This document shows positions 36,484-45,963 of a stretch of 64,000 nucleotides of DNA, piece by piece (positions within the stretch are counted from its first letter, which is position 1; each line of letters starts with the position of its first letter). A program made the translations under genes and the position numbers. Source of the DNA: Enterobacterales bacterium (GTDB lineage: Bacteria > Pseudomonadota > Gammaproteobacteria > Enterobacterales > GCA-2746155); NCBI GenBank assembly GCA_965250035.1, contig OZ252282.1, positions 593,395-657,394 on the forward strand, in the 5' to 3' direction. Below the pieces are notes generated by a model, which ran no database searches, was not told the origin of the DNA, and saw only the letters and a list, made by a program, of their open reading frames with translations.

Positions 36484-37600
36484 AAAAGACGCTCAAGAAC
36501 GCACCGAAGAACCCACGGAGAAAAAGAAAAAAGAATCCCGGGAAAAAGGCCAGATAGCCCGCTCTCGGGAGTTAAACTCGGCTGCAATTTTGATCGTCGC
36601 AGCCCTGGTGTTTATGGGAGTAGGCGGAGCCAGTGCCGGTGCCATTGCAGAGGTATTAGGCCAGAATTTTCGGCTAACCCGGGCCGATATCTTTGATCCA
36701 ACAACACCACTGACGTTTCTTGGTGCCTCAATAGAGCAAGCCTTTACGCTCCTGACACCTGTATTCCTGGCATTGCTAGTTGCTGCACTCGTTGCGCCCT
36801 GTGCGATTGGCGGATTTAGCTTCAGTTGGAAGGCCGCAAAACCAAAATTTAACAAATTATCACCCGCGAAAGGCTTTAAACGCATGTTTGGCAAAAATGC
36901 ACTCATGGAACTCATCAAGAGTATTGCCAAATTCGCTGTCGTTGGCGGGATAGCTTATCTGTATCTGAAGACTGAATTTGATATCTTCATGGGGCTCGGT
37001 CATGGGTCGGTAAAAACCGAGATCATGCACGGACTCTCATTATTGTCCAAGTCGTTTTTAATGGTGGCCTTATCATTAATCCTAATCGTACTCATCGACG
37101 TGCCATACCAGATTTGGAACCATAATAATGAATTAAAAATGACCAAGCAGGAAGTCAAGGATGAGTCGAAAAATACCGAGGGTAAACCGGAAGTTAAGGG
37201 CAAGATAAAAGAACAACAGATGCAGCAGAGTTACCGACGCATGATGGCAGAAGTCCCGAAGGCTGATGTGGTTATCACCAACCCGGAGCATTTCTCGGTC
37301 GCATTAAAATATGATGACTCTCTCATCGCTCCTGTCGTCGTAGCAAAGGGTGTCGAAGAAACGGCGATGAAGATCCGAGAAATTGCGATTCGTCACGACA
37401 TCCCGCTGTTTGCGGCACCACCACTCGCACGGGCAATTTTTTATAACACCAAGATTAATCAGGTTATTCCTGAAGGCTTATATGTCGCTGTCGCTCAGGT
37501 TCTCGCCTATGTCTTTCAATTACAGGAATTCCGTAAGGGGAATGCCAGTCGACCAAGTAAAGTCTCGGATCTGGAGATCCCAGATGATTTAAGGCGTTGA
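36476..37600 (+). CDS. flhB: flagellar export switch protein FlhB
   Basis: MAEKDAQERTEEPTEKKKKESREKGQIARSRE N-terminus, four TM helices and a cytoplasmic domain with the autocleavage site written NPEH (canonical NPTH). ATG at 36476 overlaps the fliR stop by 8 nt. Confidence 0.9.
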   Translation: MAEKDAQERTEEPTEKKKKESREKGQIARSRELNSAAILIVAALVFMGVGGASAGAIAEVLGQNFRLTRADIFDPTTPLTFLGASIEQAFTLLTPVFLALLVAALVAPCAIGGFSFSWKAAKPKFNKLSPAKGFKRMFGKNALMELIKSIAKFAVVGGIAYLYLKTEFDIFMGLGHGSVKTEIMHGLSLLSKSFLMVALSLILIVLIDVPYQIWNHNNELKMTKQEVKDESKNTEGKPEVKGKIKEQQMQQSYRRMMAEVPKADVVITNPEHFSVALKYDDSLIAPVVVAKGVEETAMKIREIAIRHDIPLFAAPPLARAIFYNTKINQVIPEGLYVAVAQVLAYVFQLQEFRKGNASRPSKVSDLEIPDDLRR

Positions 37601-37610
37601 GGTAAATAGA

Positions 37611-39704
37611 ATGGATATTAGTATTAATAATAAGAAAACATCGATCCCCCTGAGCGGACTAGGGACGCCCATTCTAGTGGTCATGATATTGGCAATGATG
37701 ACATTGCCAATGCCCACGCCACTGCTCGATATACTATTTTCATTTAACATCGCTCTGGCCTTGATCGTGATAATGGTGACTGTGTATACCCTCAGGCCAT
37801 TAGATTTCGCAGCATTTCCTACCGTCCTGCTAATTGCTACGTTACTGCGTCTGGCGTTGAATGTGGCATCCACTCGAGTCGTTCTGTTAAACGGTCATGA
37901 AGGCCCTGGTGCAGCGGGTAGCGTCATCGAATCCTTCGGCGCCGTCGTGGTTGGCGGTAATTACGCCGTGGGACTGGTGGTCTTTGCGATTCTGATCATT
38001 ATCAACTTCGTCGTTGTCACCAAGGGTGCAGGTCGAATCTCCGAAGTCAGTGCCCGATTTACTTTGGATGCAATGCCGGGCAAACAGATGGCTATCGATG
38101 CCGATCTGAATGCAGGATTGCTAACCCAGGCAGAAGCGAAAGATCGACGTCAGGAAGTTGCCCGGGAGTCAGATTTCTATGGGGCGATGGATGGTGCGAG
38201 TAAGTTTGTTCGCGGTGACGCGGTCGCTGGTCTATTAATCTTGTTTATTAATATCGCTGGCGGCGTGATGATTGGCATGATCCAGCATGATTTGGATTTT
38301 GGCACGGCGATGGAATACTACGCCCTGTTAACCATTGGTGATGGGCTGGTTGCACAGGTTCCAGCACTCCTGTTGTCAACCTCTGCAGCCATCATGGTGA
38401 CACGTCAGGATTCATCGGAAGATGTTGGTTCGCAGGTCTTTACCCAACTCTTTAAAGAGCCTCGTTCATTGTTCATTTCAGCCATCGTGCTCGGACTACT
38501 GGGTATTATCCCCGGCATGCCACATGTCGCATTCCTTACTCTGGCCGCAGTCGCGACTGGTTGTGGATATATCGTTCAACAGCGAAAAGAACGCGATGCC
38601 CTTGAAGAAGCTCAGCAACCGAAGGAAACCAAGGAAGAAGAACAGCCCGCAGCGCCTGAGACTAGAGAACTGGGTTGGGATGATGTTCAGCCGGTCGATC
38701 CGATCGGCCTGGAAGTGGGTTATCGACTTATCCCACTCGTCGATCAGGCGCAGGATGGTAGCCTGATGGGGCGCATCAAAGGGGTGCGCAAAAAACTGTC
38801 GCAGGAGTTGGGCTTCCTGATCCCCTCGGTTCATATCCGCGATAATCTCGATCTGGCACCAACCGCCTATAAGATTACCCTGATGGGAGTCTCGGCTGGT
38901 CAGGCCGAAATTCATATGGATAGGCATCTGGCTATCAATCCAGGTCAGGTATTCGGTGAACTTCAGGGCATTAAGGGCAAGGACCCAGCATTTGGTTTAG
39001 ATGCTACCTGGATCGAGGAGTCACAGAAGGATCATGCATCATCGCTCGGATACACAGTGGTTGACGCCAGTACGGTCGTCGCAACCCACCTCAGCCAGAT
39101 TCTACAGGACCATGCCCACGAATTGCTCGGTCATGAAGAAGTCGAGCAGTTATTGAAGATGCTGCAACAAAATGCACCGAAGTTGGTTGAAAATCTGGTA
39201 CCGGATGCGTTACCACTCGGGGTGCTCGTCAAGGTATTACAGAATTTATTGCAAGAGCAGGTGCCTATCCGTGACCTCAGAACAATCGCCGAAACTCTGG
39301 CGGAGTATGCGATCCGTAGTCAAGATCCCGCCGTTTTAACCGCTGCTGCGCGCATCGCACTGTGTCGAATGATCGTCCAGAACATCAATGATGGCGCAGA
39401 AGAGCTGAGTGTTATCACGCTCGAGCCATCGCTGGAACAAATCTTGCTTCAGTCTACACAGACAGCTGATGCCGATTCTGGGGGAATAGAACCAGGGCTG
39501 GCAGAACGACTGCAGCGTTCGCTACAGGATGTTGCTCAGCGACAGGAAATTATGGGGCAAACACCGGTGCTTCTGACCGCACCAGCCATACGGCCCATAC
39601 TCGCGAGATTTGCTCGCTACGGTATACCGAACTTGCATGTCCTGTCGTATCAGGAAATTCCTGATAGCAAACAGGTGAAAATTGTTGCAACGGTTGGTCA
39701 GTAA
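37611..39704 (+). CDS. flhA: flagellar export gate protein FlhA
   Basis: FPTVLLIATLLRLALNVASTRVVL, FDxx loop region SEVSARFTLDAMPGKQMAIDADL, and a large C-terminal cytoplasmic domain. Confidence 0.95.
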   Translation: MDISINNKKTSIPLSGLGTPILVVMILAMMTLPMPTPLLDILFSFNIALALIVIMVTVYTLRPLDFAAFPTVLLIATLLRLALNVASTRVVLLNGHEGPGAAGSVIESFGAVVVGGNYAVGLVVFAILIIINFVVVTKGAGRISEVSARFTLDAMPGKQMAIDADLNAGLLTQAEAKDRRQEVARESDFYGAMDGASKFVRGDAVAGLLILFINIAGGVMIGMIQHDLDFGTAMEYYALLTIGDGLVAQVPALLLSTSAAIMVTRQDSSEDVGSQVFTQLFKEPRSLFISAIVLGLLGIIPGMPHVAFLTLAAVATGCGYIVQQRKERDALEEAQQPKETKEEEQPAAPETRELGWDDVQPVDPIGLEVGYRLIPLVDQAQDGSLMGRIKGVRKKLSQELGFLIPSVHIRDNLDLAPTAYKITLMGVSAGQAEIHMDRHLAINPGQVFGELQGIKGKDPAFGLDATWIEESQKDHASSLGYTVVDASTVVATHLSQILQDHAHELLGHEEVEQLLKMLQQNAPKLVENLVPDALPLGVLVKVLQNLLQEQVPIRDLRTIAETLAEYAIRSQDPAVLTAAARIALCRMIVQNINDGAEELSVITLEPSLEQILLQSTQTADADSGGIEPGLAERLQRSLQDVAQRQEIMGQTPVLLTAPAIRPILARFARYGIPNLHVLSYQEIPDSKQVKIVATVGQ

Positions 39705-39729
39705 TTATAGATAACGTGAGGAACTTACC

Positions 39730-40863
39730 ATGAAAATCAGACGCTTTTTTGCTCCAGATATGAAAACTGCATTGCGTCAGGTGAGTGAGGAGCTTGGGCC
39801 AGATGCTGCCATCATGTCGAGCCGCAAGGCGGATGGTGGTGTTGAGGTGGTAGCTGCTTTGGACTACACAATTGAAACGGTCAAAAGCGTCCAGCGCGAA
39901 CCAGAAAAACGTTCGGAGGATGCTAAATCCCAACGTAAGATCGAATGGTCACAGGAACCTAATCTGGTTGCGATTCGTCAGGAAGTGGCTGTACTGAAGG
40001 AGTTGTTGCAGGAACAATTGGGTGAGTTGACCTGGGCAGAAAAGCGTCGTAAAGCACCCGTCCAGTCTGCCATAACCAGACGGATGGTTAACATGGGCTT
40101 TAATGCGCAACTGGCGGATCAATTTGCCGGCCGAATTAATGCGGCAGATGTGGATAGCGGCTGGGAACAGCTGGCCATGGAATTAGCGCATGCCTTACCG
40201 AAATCTGAGACTGATATCCTGGAGCAGGGTGGGATCTTCAGCCTGGTAGGTCCTACGGGTGTTGGTAAAACAACCACCCTGGCCAAGCTGGCGGCACAGT
40301 ATGTACTCAAGCATGGCAACAAGGGGGTGGCTCTGGTTACGACTGACAGCTACCGAATCGCGGCGCACGAACAGTTAAGAACCTATGCGAACATCATGAG
40401 CGTACCGATGCGCGTGGCAGACAGCGCTGAGAAGTTGCAGGAAATTCTAGAAGAGTTCAGCGACAAAGAATTGGTGCTAATCGATACGGCAGGCATTAGT
40501 CAGCGTGATAAGCGGCTGGCACAACAAATGAATTGTCTAATCAACGCTGGGCAGGAAATTCAGTCCTATCTGGTCCTATCAACGACATCTCAAACATCGG
40601 TTCTGCGTCAGGCTGTGAAAACGTTTGGTGTGATCCCACTTTGTGGCGTTATCCTGACCAAACTGGATGAGACGATGAGTCTCGGTGAGAGTCTCAGTGC
40701 CGTCATTGCGAACCAGTTGAAGGTTTCCTACATCACCAACGGGCAGCGAGTTCCAGAGGATATAGCCATCGCAAAACCGACTGAATTACTACGGCTTGCG
40801 GTTGACTTGGAACAACAGATGCAACAGGATTGGATCACTGCAATGCAACGCCAACTGGGTTAA
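39730..40863 (+). CDS. flhF: flagellar SRP-type GTPase FlhF
   Basis: G1 LVGPTGVGKTTTLAKLA, DTAG, and TKLDE G4 motif. Sits after flhA. Confidence 0.9.
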   Translation: MKIRRFFAPDMKTALRQVSEELGPDAAIMSSRKADGGVEVVAALDYTIETVKSVQREPEKRSEDAKSQRKIEWSQEPNLVAIRQEVAVLKELLQEQLGELTWAEKRRKAPVQSAITRRMVNMGFNAQLADQFAGRINAADVDSGWEQLAMELAHALPKSETDILEQGGIFSLVGPTGVGKTTTLAKLAAQYVLKHGNKGVALVTTDSYRIAAHEQLRTYANIMSVPMRVADSAEKLQEILEEFSDKELVLIDTAGISQRDKRLAQQMNCLINAGQEIQSYLVLSTTSQTSVLRQAVKTFGVIPLCGVILTKLDETMSLGESLSAVIANQLKVSYITNGQRVPEDIAIAKPTELLRLAVDLEQQMQQDWITAMQRQLG

Positions 40864-40872
40864 AATGTTGCG

Positions 40873-41730
40873 ATGTATTTTGATCAAGCAACTGGACTTA
40901 GATATATGAACAACCCGAAACCTGTCAAAGTAATCACTGTCTCCGGCGGCAAGGGTGGTGTTGGCAAGTCCAATCTAACCGTAAACCTCGCTGTAAGTCT
41001 CGCTCGTCGCGGCCAGAAGGTCCTCATCATGGATGCCGATCTCGGACTGGCGAATATCGATATCATGCTCGGATTACGGGTAGAAAAGAATCTGTCGCAT
41101 CTGATTCGTGGCGAATGCAGTCTGCAAGATATCATTATTGAAGGGCCCCATGGGATTAAGATTATCCCTGCGTCATCTGGCACCAAAGAGATGGCACAAC
41201 TTTCTGAGATGGAACACGTCGGCCTCATCCGTGCATTCAGTGAATTAACCGATGAAGTAGATATCCTGATCGTCGATACAGCAGCGGGTATCGCTGATAA
41301 TGTCATTAGTTTCGCGCAGGCCTCACAGGATCTGATGGTCGTCGTCTGTGATGAACCTACCTCGATCACTGATGCCTATGCACTGATAAAGATCCTTAGC
41401 CAGGAACATGACGTATTTCGTTTCAGGGTCGTTGCGAATATGGTGCGCAGTGCCGACGAGGGGCAAAGCCTTTATAGAAAATTAACCCGTGTTACTGACC
41501 AATTTCTCGATGTTGCACTAGACTATGTGGGTAGCATCCCGTTTGATGAGAATGTCAGGAAGGCGGTACGTAAGCAACAGGCACTGGTGAGTCTATATCC
41601 CTCATCGCCTGCGAGCATCGCGATTGATAATCTGGCCGAAAAGGTAACCAGTTGGCCAGTGCCGCAAATGGCCAAGGGCCACATTGAATTTTTCATGGAG
41701 CGTATGGTTGGCCAGTCTGTTCTGGGTTAG
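40873..41730 (+). CDS. flhG: MinD/ParA-type flagellar number regulator FlhG (FleN)
   Basis: Deviant Walker A SGGKGGVGKSN. Positioned between flhF and fliA. Confidence 0.9.
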   Translation: MYFDQATGLRYMNNPKPVKVITVSGGKGGVGKSNLTVNLAVSLARRGQKVLIMDADLGLANIDIMLGLRVEKNLSHLIRGECSLQDIIIEGPHGIKIIPASSGTKEMAQLSEMEHVGLIRAFSELTDEVDILIVDTAAGIADNVISFAQASQDLMVVVCDEPTSITDAYALIKILSQEHDVFRFRVVANMVRSADEGQSLYRKLTRVTDQFLDVALDYVGSIPFDENVRKAVRKQQALVSLYPSSPASIAIDNLAEKVTSWPVPQMAKGHIEFFMERMVGQSVLG

Positions 41731-41746
41731 CTGTAACGAATGAAAC

Positions 41747-42457
41747 ATGATAGGAATAGCAATGTACGAGGACACTAGCAAGGCTGATGATTTAGTCACC
41801 CAGTATGCGCCGTTAGTGCAGCGTATCGCCTATCATTTGAAATCTCGGTTACCTGACTCAGTGATGATCGAAGATCTGTTGCAATCCGGCATGATGGGTC
41901 TGTTGGAGGCTGCCGGAAAGTTTAATGACAAGAAAGGCGCCAGCTTCGAAACCTATGCCGGGATTCGTATTCGTGGTGCCATGATAGATGAGATACGCAA
42001 GGGCGATTGGGTGCCTCGTTCCGTGCATAAGAATGCCCGCATGGTTGCCCAGGCGATCACGGAAATAGAGCAGCAAACCGGCGAGCCGGCTTCTGATCAG
42101 CAGATTGCTGACTATCTTGATATTACGGTAGATAAGTACCACATCATCCTAAAGGATGCTGCGAATGGCCATATCCTGGCATTTGACGACCTCGGGGTGA
42201 GTGATGACTACTTCGCCGAGCAGAATAGTGACAGCAATGAGCCCTATCGTGGCATTCACAACGAAAAGTTTAAGCAAAGCCTGGGACAAGCCATCGAGAC
42301 CTTACCTGAGCGCGAGAAACTCGTCTTGGCACTCTATTATGATGAGGAATTGAACCTGAAGGAAATTGGCGAGGTTCTAGGGGTGAGTGAGTCACGCGTG
42401 AGCCAGATTCATAGCCAGGCCATGGTCAGATTAAAAAGTCGCATGTCCGACTGGTGA
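41747..42457 (+). CDS. fliA: flagellar sigma factor FliA (sigma-28)
   Basis: Region 2 (YAPLVQRIAYHL..DLLQSGMMGLLEA) and region 4 HTH (NLKEIGEVLGVSESRVSQIHSQA). An alternative start is the ATG at 41762. Confidence 0.9.
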   Translation: MIGIAMYEDTSKADDLVTQYAPLVQRIAYHLKSRLPDSVMIEDLLQSGMMGLLEAAGKFNDKKGASFETYAGIRIRGAMIDEIRKGDWVPRSVHKNARMVAQAITEIEQQTGEPASDQQIADYLDITVDKYHIILKDAANGHILAFDDLGVSDDYFAEQNSDSNEPYRGIHNEKFKQSLGQAIETLPEREKLVLALYYDEELNLKEIGEVLGVSESRVSQIHSQAMVRLKSRMSDW

Positions 42458-42532
42458 AACACTGGCGATTTGTGATTTTTAATATACAATTAGTATTAGA
42501 GACAGAGATTACACACTGCTACGGAGGTTAGC

Positions 42533-42919
42533 TTGGATCCTGACATGAAAATTCTCATTGTTGATGACTTCTCGACAATGCGACGAATTATTAAGAACTT
42601 ACTTAGAGATTTAGGATTTACGAACACGTCAGAAGCTGATGACGGTCAGACTGCATTACCCATGTTGCAGCAGGGAAATTTTGATTTTCTGATAACTGAC
42701 TGGAATATGCCTGGCATGGAGGGGATCGAATTACTCAAGCGAGTCCGTGCCGATGATAATCTGAAATCGATGCCAGTCCTGCTGGTAACGGCAGAGGCAA
42801 AAAAGGAACAGATCGTTGAAGCAGCCCAGGCTGGTGTTAACGGCTATATTGTCAAACCTTTCACCGCAGGGACGTTAAAAGAAAAAATCGAAAAAATCTT
42901 CGAACGTATCGACGGTTAA
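42533..42919 (+). CDS. cheY: chemotaxis response regulator CheY (flagellar F6-type cluster)
   Basis: [42 protein letters not shown] lies 5 nt before the TTG at 42533. ATG at 42545 is the alternative start. Confidence 0.9.
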   Translation: MDPDMKILIVDDFSTMRRIIKNLLRDLGFTNTSEADDGQTALPMLQQGNFDFLITDWNMPGMEGIELLKRVRADDNLKSMPVLLVTAEAKKEQIVEAAQAGVNGYIVKPFTAGTLKEKIEKIFERIDG

Positions 42920-42941
42920 GGATTAGTAGAAGGCCACCTGT

Positions 42942-43673
42942 ATGCTGAATGATGCGCTGATAGATGAAGCCCGGGCACTCGTCGCTGCTTATGATGCGGG
43001 CAATGAAGCAACGGCCAAGGCGCATTATGAAAAATTGACCGCAATCAGTGAACAAACACTTTTTCGTGAAATTGGCAAACTAACGCGCGAATTACACGAT
43101 ACCCTAAATAATTTCCACCTTGATAATCGACTAACGACCCTTGCCGCGCATGATATTCCCGATGCCAAAGATCGGCTGGAATATGTCGTTAAGATGACTG
43201 CTGATGCGGCCAATAAGACAATGGATGCTGTCGAAGAGGGGATAAAAATTGCCGCTGTCCTGGAAGCCGATTCGAACCGTTTGAATGACGGCTGGGTAGA
43301 TGTACATAACAAGAAGATGGAAGGCAGTGCATTCCGCGAACTGTGTGCTGAGACTCAAACCCATATGCAGCAAGCAGCCGACAGGTCTAAAGAGCTGAGT
43401 CGACTAATGCATGAAGTACTCCTGGCACAAGATTTTCAAGACTTAACCGGTCAGGTTATTAATCGTGTCATCAGACTCGTTCAGGATGTCGAGACGAGTC
43501 TCGTAGAGACAATCAAAATGTTTGGTGGTGCTCAGGATTACGATTCAGCAGTCAAACAAGACAGAGAACTGGAAAAAGGAGCGACCGGTCCTACTGTAAA
43601 AGCGAAAAAGACAGATGAAGTGGTGGCCGATCAGACTGATGTGGATGATTTGCTATCAAGTCTTGGGTTCTAA
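42942..43673 (+). CDS. cheZ: CheY-P phosphatase CheZ
   Basis: Catalytic region AQDFQDLTGQVINRV and C-terminal CheY-docking peptide DVDDLLSSLGF. Confidence 0.9.
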   Translation: MLNDALIDEARALVAAYDAGNEATAKAHYEKLTAISEQTLFREIGKLTRELHDTLNNFHLDNRLTTLAAHDIPDAKDRLEYVVKMTADAANKTMDAVEEGIKIAAVLEADSNRLNDGWVDVHNKKMEGSAFRELCAETQTHMQQAADRSKELSRLMHEVLLAQDFQDLTGQVINRVIRLVQDVETSLVETIKMFGGAQDYDSAVKQDRELEKGATGPTVKAKKTDEVVADQTDVDDLLSSLGF

Positions 43674-43685
43674 GGATTTCCTGGT

Positions 43686-45902
43686 ATGTCATTTGAAGCA
43701 GATGAAGAACTGTTAGAAGACTTCCTGATTGAAGCAGGGGAGATTCTCGAGGCATTGTCAGAGCAATTGGTCGAGCTAGAGAATAATCCCGATGACCTTG
43801 ATCTCCTGAATGCCATCTTCCGTGGCTTTCATACCATCAAAGGTGGGGCTGGATTCCTCGGCCTGAACAACCTGGTTGATGTAACACACGTTACCGAAAA
43901 CATATTCGACTTACTGCGAAATCAAGAGCGTTCCCTGACGGCTGACCTGATGGATGTAATCCTGCAGGCGCTCGATTCTATCAACGAGATGTTTGAAAGT
44001 ATCAAACAGCGCGAGGAACCGGAAGCCGCTGATGCTCAATTAATCGAGGATCTGAATACCTTTAGCGAACCTGAAGGGGAAGAGGACGAGGCTGAAGAAG
44101 AGGACGTCGAGGAAGAAGAAGACATAGCCGAAGAGCCCGAGGAATCCGGATCAGGTGATGATTCAGAGATGTCCGATGATGACTTTGAAGCCTTGCTCGA
44201 CGAATTACATGGCAAGGGTGGGTCGCCAGGCGAAAGCGAAGACTCAGCAAAGTCCAACAAATCGGAAAAGGCGGATAAAAAACCCGCTAAGAGTTCGACT
44301 GACACGAAATCCGATGACTCAGAGATGACGGATGATGATTTTGAGGCACTGCTAGACGAGTTGCACGGTAAAGGTGGAACACCGGGCAAAGAAGACGCAT
44401 CAAAGTCGACCAAGGAAAAACCAGCGGCTAAGAAAAAGCCTGCCGCCAAGAAAAAACCCGCCGCCAAGAAGAAAGCCGCGGCAAAGCCTAAGGCAGACGA
44501 ATCAAATCTAATGAATGATGATGATTTTGATAGTCTGTTAGATGAGATTCACGGTAAAGGTAAGGGGCCAACCACGGGCTCAGAAACAGACGCTAAAAAG
44601 GATGCCAAGCCAAAGGCTAAAGCGGCTCCCAAGGCGGCTCCCAAGGCGGCTCCCAAAGCAAAAGCAACACCAGCCAAAGCCAGTCCGTCTCCTGCAGCTG
44701 CCAAACCTAAGCCGGCGGCGAAGGTCCCTACGGGTGAAACCACGGTGCGGGTCGACACCAAGCGACTCGATGTCATTATGAACATGGTTGGTGAGTTAGT
44801 ATTGGTCCGTAATCGTCTGAACATCTTGCAACAGCAACTGGCCGATGAGGGCTTATCTGCTACTGCGCAGAACCTGGATTTAGTCACGGGATCACTTCAG
44901 GCTGCTGTTATGAAGACCCGCATGCAGCCAATCAAGAAAGTATTTGGACGCTTCCCTCGCGTTGTGAGGGATCTCGCCCGAAATCTCAAGAAAGAGGTCA
45001 AGTTAACCCTCGTTGGTGAAGATACTGATTTGGATAAGAATCTGGTGGAAGCACTTGCGGATCCACTCGTCCACTTGGTCCGTAATTCGGTCGATCATGG
45101 CGTTGAAATGCCAGATGTGCGTGAGAAGGCTGGCAAAGATAGAGTGGGTAACGTGACGCTGTCTGCCGCCCAAGAGGGTGACCATATCCTGCTGTCTATT
45201 GTCGATGACGGTGGTGGAATGGATGCTGAAAAATTACGCAAGATTGCCGTAGATAAAGGCGTCATGGATCAGGAAGCGGCTGACCGCTTATCAGACAAAG
45301 ATTCCTACAGCCTGATATTTGCGCCTGGTTTCTCGACCAAAACAGAAATCTCAGACGTGTCAGGTCGTGGTGTGGGAATGGACGTCGTTAAAACCAAAAT
45401 CACGCAACTGAATGGCACGGTCGACATCGACTCTGAAATGGGGGTCGGTACGACCATCAGCATTAAGGTTCCCTTAACTCTGGCAATCATGCCAACGCTT
45501 ATGGTTGTGGTTGCGGGCCAGACATTCGCATTGCCTCTCGCCAGTGTGAGCGAAATCTTCCATCTCGATCTGAGTAAGACGAATATGGTGGATGGCCAGA
45601 GAACAATTATTGTACGTGAGAAAGCTATTCCACTTTTCTATCTCGAACACTGGCTCGTTCGCGGCGCTGATACCAGCTCAACCAAGGAAGAGGGCCATGT
45701 GGTCATCTACCAGGCGGCGAACAAGCGTATTGGTTTCGTCGTTGACTCACTTGTCGGTCAGGAAGAGGTCGTCATCAAGGCGCTGGGTAAGAGTTTGTCA
45801 GGTACACCAGGGATGGCTGGAGCGACGATCACTGCCGATGGTGGCATCGCTCTTATTCTCGATGTGCCAAGTCTTATGAGTCATTACTCAGGTCATCGCT
45901 AG
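43686..45902 (+). CDS. cheA: chemotaxis histidine kinase CheA (flagellar cluster) with a long repeat-containing linker
   Basis: P1 domain FRGFHTIKGGAGFLG, N-box HLVRNSVDHGVE, G-boxes DDGGGMD and GRGVGMDVV, P5 CheW-like end. Between P1 and P3 lie acidic repeats and an A/K/P-rich tract. Confidence 0.9.
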   Translation: MSFEADEELLEDFLIEAGEILEALSEQLVELENNPDDLDLLNAIFRGFHTIKGGAGFLGLNNLVDVTHVTENIFDLLRNQERSLTADLMDVILQALDSINEMFESIKQREEPEAADAQLIEDLNTFSEPEGEEDEAEEEDVEEEEDIAEEPEESGSGDDSEMSDDDFEALLDELHGKGGSPGESEDSAKSNKSEKADKKPAKSSTDTKSDDSEMTDDDFEALLDELHGKGGTPGKEDASKSTKEKPAAKKKPAAKKKPAAKKKAAAKPKADESNLMNDDDFDSLLDEIHGKGKGPTTGSETDAKKDAKPKAKAAPKAAPKAAPKAKATPAKASPSPAAAKPKPAAKVPTGETTVRVDTKRLDVIMNMVGELVLVRNRLNILQQQLADEGLSATAQNLDLVTGSLQAAVMKTRMQPIKKVFGRFPRVVRDLARNLKKEVKLTLVGEDTDLDKNLVEALADPLVHLVRNSVDHGVEMPDVREKAGKDRVGNVTLSAAQEGDHILLSIVDDGGGMDAEKLRKIAVDKGVMDQEAADRLSDKDSYSLIFAPGFSTKTEISDVSGRGVGMDVVKTKITQLNGTVDIDSEMGVGTTISIKVPLTLAIMPTLMVVVAGQTFALPLASVSEIFHLDLSKTNMVDGQRTIIVREKAIPLFYLEHWLVRGADTSSTKEEGHVVIYQAANKRIGFVVDSLVGQEEVVIKALGKSLSGTPGMAGATITADGGIALILDVPSLMSHYSGHR

Positions 45903-45963
45903 ATCTGCCGATAACATTCTTGCACGGCTGTTAAGCCATTATAATTATTAATAAGGTGTTCTT

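Noticed and set aside
44036-44887. Antisense and alternate-frame ORFs across the cheA linker
   Set aside because: They are caused by the repetitive acidic and A/K/P-rich coding sequence and have no independent support.
45907-45914. GCCGATAA (sigma-28 -10-like) just after the cheA stop, upstream of the stator genes
   Set aside because: It matches the FliA -10 consensus, but no TAAA-type -35 element lies at the expected ~15-nt spacing. On sequence alone it is too weak to call.
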